Source: the human T2T-CHM13v2.0 reference genome, Homo sapiens
DNA: 64,000 nucleotides
Assembly (NCBI RefSeq): GCF_009914755.1
Contig: NC_060925.1
Reading direction: 5' to 3' (one strand)
Each line of letters opens with the position of its first letter. Positions within the stretch are counted from its first letter, which is position 1. Positions 16,313 to 34,720 of the stretch are shown in pieces. Below the pieces are notes generated by a model, which searched no databases, was not told the origin of the DNA, and saw nothing but the letters and a program-made list of their open reading frames with translations. Both the position numbers and the translations under genes were made by a program.

Positions 16313-17172
16313 TGACTGAAGATGAAACCCTACTCCAAAGAGTTAAAGAAACTAACAACAGATATTCTTGAGTTTGCAGGATGACACATAAGAAACAACT
16401 TGCTGAAAAGCTGAAACTTCCTTTGCTATTAATAGTAAGAAAACAAAACTGACTAAAATCAGTTGAAACCAATATGGCCAATTAGAGTTTGTGCAGAATG
16501 AATTTGCTGACATTACAGCCTGAATTTCCACCATATGTTTTTTATTAACTCCCCCTGAATTTGCACATGGGACCCATGAGAAAGCATGAAGAGATAAGTA
16601 CACATGCCTGAGGACTTTCCAGACCTCCCTTTCCTTCCACCAATCACCTACTAATTTCAGAATGCACCCCCTGAACTTTTCTAATAAAAATACTGCCTTG
16701 AAGCCAGCATAGGGTGGCAGATTTGAGTTGGACTCCTGTCTCTTTGTTGGTTGACTTGCAATAAAAAGCTTCTTGGCTGGGTGTGGTGGCTCATGCTTCT
16801 AATCCTAGCAGTTTTGGAGTCTGAGGTGGGAGGATCACTTGTGCTCAGGAGTTTGAGACCAAGCTGGACAGTGTAGTGAAATCCCATCTCTACGAAAAAA
16901 AAATTTAATTTAAATTAGCTGGGTATGATGGCAAATGCCTGAAGTCCCAGCTACTTGGAAGAGTGAGGCGGGAGGATCGTTTGAGCCTGGGAGATTGAGG
17001 TGGAAGTGATCCATGATCAAGCCGCTGCACTCCGGGCTGGGCAACAGAGCAAGACCTTATCTAGAAAAAAAAAAAAAAAAAAAAAGCGTTTCTTTTTTCT
17101 TTTCTCAAAAACCCAATGTCATAGTATTTGCTGCAATCACATTGGGCAGTGAGCCTCTTTTGCTTGATAACA
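16313..17172 (+). mobile_element. ERV1/MER4-group solo LTR with an internal AluJ (16775-17085)
   Basis: TG...CA termini, sense AATAAA, U5-like end cattgggcagtgagcctcttttgcttgataaca; subfamily not determined. Confidence 0.7.
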
Positions 17173-17219
17173 AAGATATATATAATTCATTGGATTTAAT
17201 TTACTTTAAAAATAAGCAA

Positions 17220-17528
<309 letters not shown>

Positions 17529-18078
17529 TTAACAAAAAAATGTTCCATAGCCTACCTGACTACTCACATAAGCGATTAGATTACAGAATGTACATTTACA
17601 GTTCATCGAGAATAAAAAGTCAAATTTGTGATGAAATATATAGTATAGTAATGGATCTATAATTTCAGAACGCTAAAAGGTTGCCCTTTTATGAAAAAAA
17701 TGGTAGATTATACCCTATAAGTAGTGCTTTAGTGGCATGCTGTAAATCCTGATATACTGTGCTTTCATTTTATTTGTTGAAAATATCTTTTTATTTTCCT
17801 TTGAGACTTCCTCTTTAATGATTATTTAGAAATGTGTTATTTAGAAGTTATGGTAGTTTTCAATGATTTCTCTGTATTAGATAATGTATCATGTGTACTT
17901 GGAAAGGATATGCATTTTGCTCTCGTTGGGTTGAATGTTCTATAAATGTCAATTAGATCCAGTTGATTGATGGTAGTAACATCAATACGTGGCTTCCAAG
18001 GTTTCCCTAGGGATCATCTCCACCCCCGTCAGCCCAAAGGGAGAAAGATCATGAAGAAAATTGCCTGGAATGTTTTTA

Positions 18079-18107
18079 TGACATCACTTCCACTCAAATT
18101 CTATTGG
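18079..18107 (+). promoter_or_regulatory. Candidate proximal promoter motifs: CRE-like TGACATCA (18079-18086) and inverted CCAAT (ATTGG, 18103-18107)
   Basis: Motifs seen directly 15-45 nt upstream of the ATG; function is inferred only. Confidence 0.35.
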
Positions 18108-18122
18108 TTAGAACTCAGTCAT

Positions 18123-18138
18123 ATGGCTTCACCTAAAG
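18123..18138 (+). CDS. C1orf185: C1orf185 coding exon 1 (MASPK + first base of G)
   Basis: ATG GCT TCA CCT AAA G|gtatga donor; phase 1 joins exon 2 to give GGT. The assembled N-terminus matches the C1orf185 sequence as I recall it. Confidence 0.88.
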
Positions 18139-18225
18139 GTATGAGAAGCTGGGTCATGTAGTCTAGCTTTTTGCCTGGGAAGAAGAGGAAAATATATTTA
18201 GACGAACAACCAGAAATCTATTTCT

Positions 18226-19012
18226 ATTCTCTGGAAGAGCTTGTATAAGATAAGAAATACTTGAATCATGGGTATACAGTAGAAATTGTAAAGTTATTGG
18301 GGCTATTTTCTTTGGGGGAAATTTTGTAACTACTGATTCAATTTAACGGATACTGTTCATATATGTTTTCTATTACTTCTTGAGTCACTTTTTGTAAGTT
18401 ACTTTTTAGGTATATATTATTTTGTATAAGTTTTCAAATATATTAGCATAAATTCATTGAAAGTATTTATTTTAACCTCTGCTCTATCTGTGATTATGTT
18501 CTTTCTTCATTTTTAATATTATTTATTTATGCCTTCTATTTTTTTCATTTGGTTAATCTTACTAGAGATTTGTCCATTTTATTAGTCTTTACCAAGAATC
18601 ATAAATTTTATTTCATTAATTTCTGTTCTTTATTATTTTCTTCCTCTACTTTCTTTGGGTTTATTTTGCTGGTCTTTTTCAACTTGTAATTTGTATGCTA
18701 AGCTCATTAGTTTTCAAACTTCTTTTCTAATATATGCATTTAGGGCCATATATTTTCCTTAAATTTGGCTCCAGCTGTGTTCCTATGAGTATTTATGCAT
18801 AGTATTTTCATTATTATCTAGTCCTGTGTATTTTCTAGGTTTCACTGATTTCTTCTTTAATTAATGAGTTATTTACAATGTGATTTTAAATTTCCCCAAG
18901 CACAGGAGCTTTTCTTAGGGTATATTTTAAGTTATTAATGTAGAGATTAATTGCATTATTGTCAGAGAACATGGTATATATAATAATGATTTTATAAAAC
19001 TTGTTGAGTCTT
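18226..19012 (-). mobile_element. Old L1M ORF2 fragment (a similar fragment lies at ~17750-17980)
   Basis: Antisense L1 ORF2 motifs (ttgtccattttattagtcttt, ttcctctactttctttgggttta). Confidence 0.7.
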
Positions 19013-19296
19013 GGCCAGGTACAGTGGCTCTCACTTGAAATCTCAGCACTTTGAGAGGCCGAGGTGGGAGGATCCCTTGAGGCCAGGAGCTCAAGACGAA
19101 CCTGGGCAACATAGAGAGATTCCATCTCTACAAAAAATTTAAAAATTAGACAGGGATGGTGGCACACATGTGTAGTCCTAGATACTTAGGAGGCTGAGGT
19201 GGGAGGATCAGCTGGGCCCAGGACTTTGAGACTACAATGAGCTATGATCATGCCACTGCACTCCAGCCTGGGCAACAGAGTGAGATCTTGTCTCGA

Positions 19297-19347
<51 letters not shown>
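19013..19347 (+). mobile_element. AluJ with (CA)n tail (~19300-19347)
   Basis: Dimer with 17-bp TSD aaaacttgttgagtctt. Confidence 0.93.
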
Positions 19348-19352
<5 letters not shown>

Positions 19353-19397
19353 CCACGAAACAAATAAAAACTTGTTGAGTCTTGCTTTATGGCCTGA

Positions 19398-19733
<336 letters not shown>

Positions 19734-20824
19734 ATTATGTTATTAATTTCTTATAATATTATCTTATTTATTGCTTGCTGTAATTCTGTGAGATAGTATG
19801 ATTCTCATTTTTCAAGTGAGAACATTAAGATCCATCCAATATAATAAGTAGCTTTTCAAAGTTCACAGATCCAGTTAGGCTTATATCAGATCAAAGCAGA
19901 CACCAACTATAAATAATCAATATGGTCCACTTTACATACTGGCTGCATATCAGCCCTGCATATATTTCATTATAGATTTTTAAACCTCAGAGTAAGGATT
20001 ATTCTTATTTTAAACAGATTTTTATCCCCCTTAAGTCCCCCATGCAATGTTTCACACGTATTTGCTGTTCAACAGATATTTGTTGATTGGACTAAACCAC
20101 TTATATACAGCATAAACCTAAGAATGAAATCTGGCAAAACTCAAGAAGAGCAAAATAAACAGGTAGTTTGTGAATACTCAAAAATAAAAGCAGGACTTAT
20201 AGTTCAGGAAACATTGCAAAAAATAATCTGAAAATACTCCTGGTACAAATACTTAGTACTTCTGATTTAATATATAGGTCTATAACATATAAATATATAA
20301 CACATAAATATATAAATATGTGAATATAGACAGGCTGAGGAAGAAGGACCTACAAATGCAATTATAGACATAGAGTTGGGAGGAAAACCAAGTGAATTTA
20401 AGTTACAGACATTAAGGCAAGAGAGGGAGAAAAATCAGTAGTGACCTTTGGATTTTGTGTTAACGAAGTTATTAATCACTGTGGAAATAGAAGTTGTATG
20501 GAAGTAGAAATTTTTATTTTAAGAAGTTTGGCTATAAATGGTAAGAAAAGGGCCAATTGTAAGCTGGAGGGTGCTGTAGTGAGACAGAGAGTTTTATTTA
20601 TTTTCATATGGAAAAGTCATAATCAGGTTTAAGACTTAATCCCTTTAACTACACTATTTCTTACAGTCTAAATCTTAAGATTTGGCTTAAGTGTCATTTC
20701 TAGAAAACTGTTTTTGCATTGGGCCAAACTGCCTCTGTTGTTATACCACTGTAAACAGGTTATTCTCATAGCACTCAGGACATTTTAAGGAACATATATG
20801 TTTAAATGACTTGCCCCCTTCTAG

Positions 20825-21178
<354 letters not shown>

Positions 21179-22342
21179 TGAATCACCAATTCTTGACTAG
21201 TAATTGGCAATAGAAAATTATCAGGCAATGTTTAACTATGCAGCCTTAAAAAAAAAAAACTTTCTCCTATCTTTCTATAGATCTTCCTATGTCTTTATTT
21301 TGTATTATTCTTCCATTATAACACCCATAATACTTTTAAATTGAACTTAAAAAATATGTATGTCCTTCCTACTAAGCAGCATACTTCTTGAGGGAAAGAA
21401 CCTTATATTATCCATGTTTTAATACTAGCATCTATCATTATCCATTGAATATTTAATCATTTATTGAGTAACCAGTCATTATTCTAAACTCTGAGAATAC
21501 TATAGTGGTTCTAAGAAGACAGACAACAGACAATAAACCAATAAATAAAGAATATTATTAATGATTATTATTAAAGACAAAGAAATAGAGTGATACAAAG
21601 AGTGACTATTGAAAGTGGGGAGTTACTTTAGATAGGATACTTAAGAGTGGAGTCAAAAAAGTAAAAATACTATCTTTGTATATAATACGACTTTATGATA
21701 TATATTGACTAAACCTTTAGAATAGGAGCAGAACTTAGTGATCACACAGTCAAGCCTTCTCATTTTACAAATTGATTTAGACAGAAAGTGACACTCATTG
21801 AAGGTATTAGCAAATATGTAATTTTTCCTTCCCGTGGTAAAATGTTTTGGAAACTTTCATGTTCTTTATATCTCATTGCAATTCCCCTGAGAGGTAAATG
21901 ATTCATTTAAACCAGGGGCTGGAATGGTGTACTAATCACACCTATTTTCTGTCGTAATAGAGAATTTTTAAGGAGAGGAAAGGTAGGAGGGCAGAGATTC
22001 TCAGAGGTGAAAGCTAAGTGGGCTATAAACACAGTGATAAAAATATAGAAGGTGCTACAAGGAGACTTGTAATATCTAAATAGATGAGTCAGGAATTATA
22101 TATGAAAATTTAAAAAAAATTTTTCTGATTTTTCTAAGATATTCATGGTAGAAAATTTGATATATAGAAAGGTCTAGAGTGAAAATTGTACCTATAAGCC
22201 CTTACCCCAGGAATAACCAAAGTTGATTGTTTTCTTTATACAAATAGTTTTTGCTATCTCTCTCCCTATCTCTCTTTTTTTTTTAAACAAAATTGAGATT
22301 ATGTTATGTCTATATTTTTTAAATATTTGAGAAAAGGAAATC

Positions 22343-22548
22343 GGCCTTGGCAAAAAAGTGAGACTCTGTCTCTAAAAAAATTAAAAAGATTAGCCAGGAA
22401 TGGTGGCATGTGCCTGTAGTCCTAGTTACTTGGGAGGCCAAGGAGGGAGGATGAGAGGATTGCTTGAGCCCCAGGAGCTCAAGGCTATAGTGAGCTATGA
22501 TTGTGCCACTGCATTCCAGCCTGGGCAACAGAGTCAGGCCTTGCCTCC
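22343..22548 (+). mobile_element. 5'-truncated AluJ
   Basis: Linker plus right arm. Confidence 0.85.
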
Positions 22549-22624
22549 AATACATATTGGAGAAAAGCAGAAAAAGGAAAAGGAAAAAGAATAGTAAACA
22601 CCCATGTAATCTCCTCATAAATGA

Positions 22625-22955
<331 letters not shown>

Positions 22956-22989
22956 CAGATCTGTAATTTTTTTAAAGAAATGAAATATT

Positions 22990-23096
22990 GGGCATGGTGG
23001 CTCATGCCTGTAATCTCAGCTACTCAGGAAGCTGAGATGGAAGGATCACTTGAGGCCAGGAGTTCAAGACCAGCCTGGGCAATATAGAGAGACCCT
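22990..23096 (+). mobile_element. FLAM_A-like Alu monomer fused upstream of the Y1 pseudogene
   Basis: Left-monomer sequence with the ctactcaggaagctgag...cagcctgggcaatatagagagaccc signature. Confidence 0.8.
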
Positions 23097-23120
23097 CCAC
23101 TTACCCGCCACTCCATAAAA

Positions 23121-23227
23121 GGCTGCTCCGAAGGCAGTGAGTCTTAATTGATTGTGCACAGTCAGTTGCAGATCGAACTCCTTATTCAGTTCTTTCTTCT
23201 CTCATCACTACTGCACTTGGCTAGTCT
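23121..23227 (+). pseudogene. Y1 RNA (RNY1) retropseudogene
   Basis: ggctgctccgaaggcagtgag...ttgattgtgcacagtcagttgcagatcgaactcctt...cactactgcacttggctagtct is colinear with hY1 and followed by an A-rich tail. Confidence 0.92.
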
Positions 23228-23539
23228 AAAAAAGTGTTTAAGGAAAGAAAAACCAATGAAATATTATAGATAAAGTCTAAGTTTGTGTTCTATCCACAGT
23301 GCCATCCACCGCTTTCCCCACCAAAAGACAACTAATAGTAAAATTTGGTGTACTTTAATACTTTTTAAATATTTAATTGTTAAAAATAGTATTATTTTAT
23401 GTTTTCTTTAAATGTGCATAAGTGAAATCAGTACATAATTGGAATCATTGAATATACATTTATAGAACTTGCTTTTTTTGTATTATTTTTTCAGTTTTAT
23501 TCATACTGACACATATAGATCTAGTTTATTGATAAGTCA

Positions 23540-25880
23540 TAAGTGGTAAGTTTGATGAAGTTTCAGTCAACAGACCTATAGAAGCAACATCCAGATCAAG
23601 AAACAGAACATTACCAACATCCCAGAACTCCCCCTGATGTTGGTGTTTGAACTTTATGTCTGCCTTCTTTTGCTCAGCATTACGTTTATAAAATTTATCA
23701 TGTTGTGCATAGTTGTAGTTTATTCTTTCTCATTGCTGTAAATATTTTGTTTTCTTTAATTAATTCAACTTTTAAATTTATCCATTCAACTATTGATTGG
23801 CATTTGGACAGTTTCCAATTTGTGGGCTATGTCAAGTAGTGCTCCTATAAATATTTTAGTACATGTTTTTGTGAACACACATATGCTCCTCAGTTGGGTA
23901 TTTGTCTAAGACTTGAATTGCTGGATCGTAAGTATGCATGTGTTCAGCTTTCATAATAATGCTAAACAGTTTTTTAAAGTATTTTACCAAATTACATTCT
24001 CACCACCAGTGAATGAGAGTTCAGGCTACTCTGCCTCTTTGCCAGTACTTCATATTTTCTTTTTCATTTTAGGCACTGTATATAGTGGTCATAGTATCTC
24101 ATTGTGGTTTAATTTTCACTTCCTTAATGATTAATAACATTTTTACATGTTTATTGGCCATTTAGATTCTCTTTTATGATACTCTTAAATTTTTGGTTTT
24201 TTTTAATTGACGTAATTGTGCACATTTATGGGGTACAGTGTGATATTTTGATACATGTGTACAATGTGTAATACTCAAACCAGGGTTATTGGGCTATCCC
24301 TCACCTCACGCATTTGTCTTTGTATTTAGAACATTACAATTCTTATCTTCTAGCTATTTTGAAATATATAATACATTATTGTTAATTGTTGTCACCCTGC
24401 TCTGCCATCAAACATTAGAGAACATATTCCTTCTAACTGTATGTTTGTACCCATTAACCAACTTCTCATCATCCTCCCTTCCCCCACTCCCTTCCCAGTC
24501 TCTGGTAACCACCATTTTACTCTCTTCTTCATGAGATCCCCTTTTTAAGCTCCCACATATGAATGAGAACGTACAATTTTTGTCTTTCTGTTCCTGGCTT
24601 ATTTCACTTATGACTTCCAGTCCCATCCATGTTGCTGCAAATGTTTCATTTGTTATTAGGACTGAATAATACTCCATTGTGTATATATACCACATTTTCT
24701 TTATTCATTCATTTATTGATGGACACCTAGATTGATTCCATATCTTGGCTATCGTGAATAATGCTGCAACAAATACAGGGGTACAGATGTCACTTTAGTA
24801 TACTGATTTCCTTTCCTTTCCTTTAAATGTATATGCAGAAGTGGAATTGCTGAATCACGTGGTAGTTTTATTTTTAGGTTTTTGAGAAAACTCCTTATTG
24901 TTTTTCATAATGGCTGTACTATTTTGCATTCTCACCAACAGTCTATAAGGGTTCCCCTTTCTCTGCATCCTTGCCAGCATTTGTTATTTTTTGTCTTTTT
25001 GATAATAGCCATTCTAACTAGGGTAAGATAATATCTCATTGTGGTTTTGATTCGCGTTTCCCTGATGATAGTGATGCTGAACATTTTTTCATATACCTGT
25101 TGGTCATTTGTACGTCCTTTGAGAAATGTCTATTCAGATCATCTTCCCATTTTTAATAAGATTATGTTTCTTTGATGCTGAGTTGAGTTCCTTGTATATT
25201 TTAAATATTAATCCCTTGTCAGACGAATGGTTTGCAAATATTTCCTGCCATTCTACAAGTTGTCTCTTCGCTTTGTTGGTTGTTTCCTTTGCTGTGCAGA
25301 AGCTTTTTAGTCTGATATAATCTCATTTATCAATTTTTGCTTTTGTTACTTGTGCTTTTGAGGTCTTATTCATAAAATCTTTTCTCAAACCAATGTCCTG
25401 AAGCATTTCCCCTATTTTTTTTTTCTAGTTGTTTTATAGTTTGGGCTCTTACATTTAAGTCTTTAATCCATTTTGAGTTGATTTTTGTATATGGTGAGAG
25501 ATAAGGGTCTTCTGCAGATGGATAGCCAGTTTTCCCCACAAGAGGTTGTTCTTTCTCCGGTGAGTGTTCCTGGCACTTTGGCAAAAATCAGTTGGCTGTA
25601 GACATGTAGATTTATTTCTGGGTTCTCCATCCTGTTCCACTGGCCTATGTTTCTGTTTTTTATGCCAATGCTATGCTGTTTTGGTTATTATAGCATTGTA
25701 GTATATTTTGAAGTCAGATAGTGTGATACCTCCAACTTTTTTTTTCCCCTCAGGATTGCTTTAGCTATTCAGGGTGTTTTGTGGTTTCATACACATTTTA
25801 GAATTTTTTCCTATTTCTGTGAAGAATTTCATTGTTATTTTGATAGGGATTCTATTGAATCTGTAGATTGCTTTGGTTAC
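23540..25880 (-). mobile_element. L1 3' ends: older L1M (23540-24180) and L1MA-type 3'UTR plus ORF2 C-terminus (24200-25880)
   Basis: Minus-strand peptides MWYIYTMEYYS and [20 protein letters not shown]. Confidence 0.85.
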
Positions 25881-26586
25881 CCTTAAATTTTTAACATCTA
25901 TACTTAACTGTTTTTCTAAAAATAAAAATCTAAAGATATTCACTGCCTCTATTCCTTACCCAATCTAGATGATAAAGTCCCTTAGCAACATTTAAATTAC
26001 TACTATTCCCCCACTTACCAGTTCTATTCTTTTGAGAAAGCTATTTAGCCTCAATTTGACTCATCTGTTTTCTCATATGTAAAGTGCAGAAATCATAGTA
26101 TTTAACTTATAGAATTTGGAGAAGTAAATAAGTTAATGTTTATAAAGCACTTTGAATAGTGCCTGGCATATAGTATTTGCAGTATAAATGTTAGATATAT
26201 TTTTCATATATAGCATCATTATAACTTATTTAATTGATTTCCTAATTTGGGGCATTTGGAGTTTTTATATTAAAAGTATCACTTTGAGAAATAACCTTAT
26301 ATAACCTTTTTGTACCACTAATTAATTCCTGAATGTAGACATTTCTGATCTCAAAGAAAACTAAGATTTGACAGGCACTATCTTGAAGCTGGAAATTACT
26401 TAGAAAACAATAAAAATATGGAAATGACAAAATCTTTATCATGTCATATTCTTAGTGGAACTTGATAATATATTCACACAAAGATCTTCAATTAGTTTTA
26501 TACTCAATCTTTTCCCAAAATAATATACTCCTCAGTTGTCTTAAGGTTCAAGTTCTATAAAGCCTCCTATGAAAGCTTTCTTTCTC

Positions 26587-26908
<322 letters not shown>

Positions 26909-27270
26909 GAAAGCTTTCTTTCCTTCTTTTGTTTTTTGAAAGCTTTCTACGGTTTACTTTATGCAGCTTTCAGAATCTTAAGGAAGACTTGACCAACCTA
27001 TAATTACCCCAAGCCTTCTTCATTCCTAATTATTTTTAATACATACTAGAATTATGATAATTTGTAGCAGGGATAAGATAATAGGAAAAAAAAACCCAGA
27101 GGTCTGGCTTTAATTTGCTGCATAACCTTAGTTTATTACTTTTCTTTCGTGGACCTCAATTTTACCATCTATAAAATAAAGGGTAATATCATATAATTCC
27201 TATAGGTTTTTCCAATTGTAAAATTGGTGATATACTTTTACTTTATATTGCTTTCATTTAGCTTTCTTTC

Positions 27271-27898
<628 letters not shown>

Positions 27899-28351
27899 TA
27901 AGATCTTAAAAATTCCTCATATTTGTTACTTTATTACTCTTATCTGCCTCCTTATAGAGATTGATAACACAAATCTTAAAATGAAAATCTTAAAAAGTCT
28001 TATGTTGGAGGCCTGCCAGGAATGATACGGGAGGGGAAAAAAAAAAAAGCTAGACTGAGAAGGAAGAAAAACAGATAACAAGGTGGTGGCAGCTGTACAA
28101 ACACAAACGAAACCTAGGTTTCAAATATTGGCATCATCAAAGAAATGTGCCCTGGGCCATAATCATCAGGAGGCCCTGTGTAATTCTCTAATCCAGGGTC
28201 TTGGAGTTTATTAGAATTGCATGGGACTAGAATTCCCATCTCCCAATCTCCTGGTTAATGTCTTAACACTACAACATGCTATATCATTTGAAGTTTATCA
28301 TTCAGTTTTACCTAGAGAATAAAAATACATGCATGAAATAATCTTTTGTAA

Positions 28352-28471
<120 letters not shown>

Positions 28472-28691
28472 TAAGGATTATTCGAATATTTCTTTAACCT
28501 TTTTTTCTTTTAAAAATTCAATAAAGGACTTTTTCAAATGGAAGTAAACTTAAATAACTATGATAGTATTGATTGTTTAGTTTGGGATTTGGTTATAGAC
28601 CCTTTGGTTGGGGACGGAAGGCTTTACATTTTTTAAGTAGCCTGAAAAAAGAAGTACTGGTGATAGGAATGTTCATGCATTAAAATTTTGA

Positions 28692-29059
<368 letters not shown>

Positions 29060-29301
29060 TGAAAATGTTTTTAAAAATTGACTCCCAATTTTAGAGATTG
29101 AAAACATTATAGAAAAGGAAAGAAACTTTTTCTTTAGGAGATATTTAAGAAAAAAGCTGACAGAATGCCCTGGTATGGTCTGAAAGTAGTCTTTTGCCAG
29201 AAACAGAAAAAGATCATTTGACACCTTAATTCCTTTCAACTGTAAAATTTGCTGTTTCTAATTATTAATTATTAATATTAATATTAATATTAAATCATTT
29301 C

Positions 29302-29639
<338 letters not shown>

Positions 29640-29679
29640 TTAAAATATATAAATTGTAACATAATCTTCCCACACAGTC

Positions 29680-30661
<982 letters not shown>

Positions 30662-30963
30662 TTACATTTTAATAACTGTTTAAAATTGAGGTATAGTTTA
30701 CATACAAGAAACTGCATAGATTTGAAATGTACAGCTATCAGTTTCAACAAATATACACCTATGTAACCACCACTCTGTCAAGATATAGAGCTTTTCACTG
30801 CCCTAGGAAGTTCCCTCATGCTCCTTTCCAGGCATCACTCCTGACCTCCTACCTCAGAGGAAAGATTTATTCAGGTTTCTATCACCACAGATTAATTTTG
30901 CCTGTTCTTGTATCATAATGGACTTTTTATGTCTGTTTTTTTCACTCAACATAATATTTTTGA

Positions 30964-31300
<337 letters not shown>

Positions 31301-31639
31301 TTATTGAGTAATATTCCATTTTATGAATATACCTTGGTTTATCTATTCTTTTGTTAATGGACATTGGGGTCATTTTGTTTTTAGCTCTTAGGAAAATGGC
31401 TGCCATAAATATTCTTGTATAAATCTTGTACATATAAAGTACAAGTACTTTCACTTTTCTTAGGTAAATACCTAAAACTAGAATTGTTGGATCATATGAT
31501 TAGCTTTATTAGAAACGGCCAAACACTTTTCAGAAGTGTATATACACTCTCACTAGCAATGTATGAGAGTTCTGATTTACACTTTTAAAGATATTTTTAA
31601 AATATCTTTATGTCTCTATGAAGCCTGAATTTTAATGGA

Positions 31640-33120
<1,481 letters not shown>

Positions 33121-33229
33121 TCCTAATTGTTAATGCCTCATTAACATAATATGATCTCTTGAATTAATTTGGAAATATTCTAGTACCTCTGAAAGAAGAA
33201 ATGGCAATGAGCATTATTATTATTATTTG

Positions 33230-33630
33230 GGAGGAGTTTACAATTGATGAATCTACATTAACACTTCACTATCACCCATATTTTATAGTTTACATTAGGG
33301 TTCACTCTTGGTGTTGTATATTCTGTGGGTTTCGATGAATGTGTAAAATCCACCATTATAGTATCACACAGAGTATTTTCACTGCCCTAAAAGTCCTTTA
33401 TGGTCCATCTATTCATCCCTCCCTCCCCCTAACTCCTGGCAACCAGTGATCCTTTTACTGTCTCCATAGTTTTGCCTTTTCCAGAATGTCATATAGTTGG
33501 AATCATATAGTATGTAGCTTTTAAGATTGACCTCTTTTACTTTAGTAATACACATGTAAGTTTCCTCCATGTCTTTTCATGCCTTAATAGCTCATTTCTT
33601 TCTTTTCAATACTGAAAAATATTCCATTGT
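33230..33630 (-). mobile_element. L1MC-type 3'UTR fragment
   Basis: gatcctttttactgtctccatagttttgccttttccagaatgtcatatagttggaatcat. Confidence 0.75.
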
Positions 33631-33816
33631 TCTTTAAATCCTTAAGTTGAGAATGACTGTTTGAAACTACATTCCCTTATACTTAACTGTCTTTGATCAT
33701 CTGAGATTTTACTTGCTGCTTTCTTTTCTTTAACTCTCTCTCACTTACTTGTGGTTGCATGGATAAGAAAAGATTACGGTACTCTTCCATTGTGAGTCAA
33801 TTCAGTTTTCTTCCTC

Positions 33817-34119
33817 TTATTTATTTATTTTTGAGGCAGGGTCTCACTCTGTCACCCAGGCTGGAGTGTAGTGATACAATCTAGGCTCACTGCAACCTCT
33901 ACCTCCTGAGTTCAAGCAACTCTCCTGCCTCAGCCACCCTAGTAGCTGGGATTACAGGCATGTGCTACCATGCCCAGCTAATTTTTTTGTATGTGTTTTT
34001 AGTAGAGACAGGGTTTCACCATGTTGGCCAAGCTGATCTTGAACTCCTGACCTCAAGTGATCCGCCCGCCTTGACCTCCCAAAGTGCTGGGATTACAGGC
34101 GTAAGCCACCGCACCAGCC
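33817..34119 (-). mobile_element. AluS
   Basis: Reverse dimer. Confidence 0.92.
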
Positions 34120-34528
34120 CCTCTTACTTTTTGCCAGAAATATGATTAAATACCAAAATTGACCAATGAGTTGCATTTTATTTAATTTCCTTCACCATTA
34201 AGGATAATTTTATGAAAAGGCTAATTAACATTAAAACCAACTAATTTTCTCACAACCAGAAAGAAGTATATCAAAGACTCCTGGCTAATATTCAAACTGA
34301 AAATATTAGCCCTGCATACATAACTTAATTTACATTTCATGAATAAAATAAATGGCTTAATTTATATTCTATGAATAAAATAGATGTAATGAAATCTAAC
34401 ATATGAGTAGGGAGTATGTAAATTGACTTGTGCTTTTAAAAATAAATATGCTATAATGTATTTATTCTGATTTTAAAGCTTTATGTATAAATATTGGAAA
34501 TAATGATTTTAATTGTTTTATAATCTAA

Positions 34529-34720
<192 letters not shown>

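Larger units (their letters stand above)
17985..18225 (-). mobile_element. MLT1J-like MaLR LTR fragment containing C1orf185 exon 1
   Basis: cacttccactcaaattctattggttagaactcagtcatatggcttcaccta...gctgggtcatgtagtctagc...gaagaagaggaaa matches the reverse complement of the MLT1J-type LTR 5' part. Confidence 0.75.

Noticed and set aside
17967-18161. 64-aa ORF containing MASPKG
   Set aside because: Only the 16 nt from 18123 up to the gtatga donor are supported; the rest is LTR/L1 read-through starting at a non-ATG codon.
23121-23227. Functional Y1 RNA gene
   Set aside because: Multiple substitutions and deletions, an A-tail and TSD, no upstream PSE/TATA, and no oligo-T terminator.
29260-29295. Palindromic (TTAATA)n tract
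   Set aside because: Short low-complexity AT repeat with no evidence of function.
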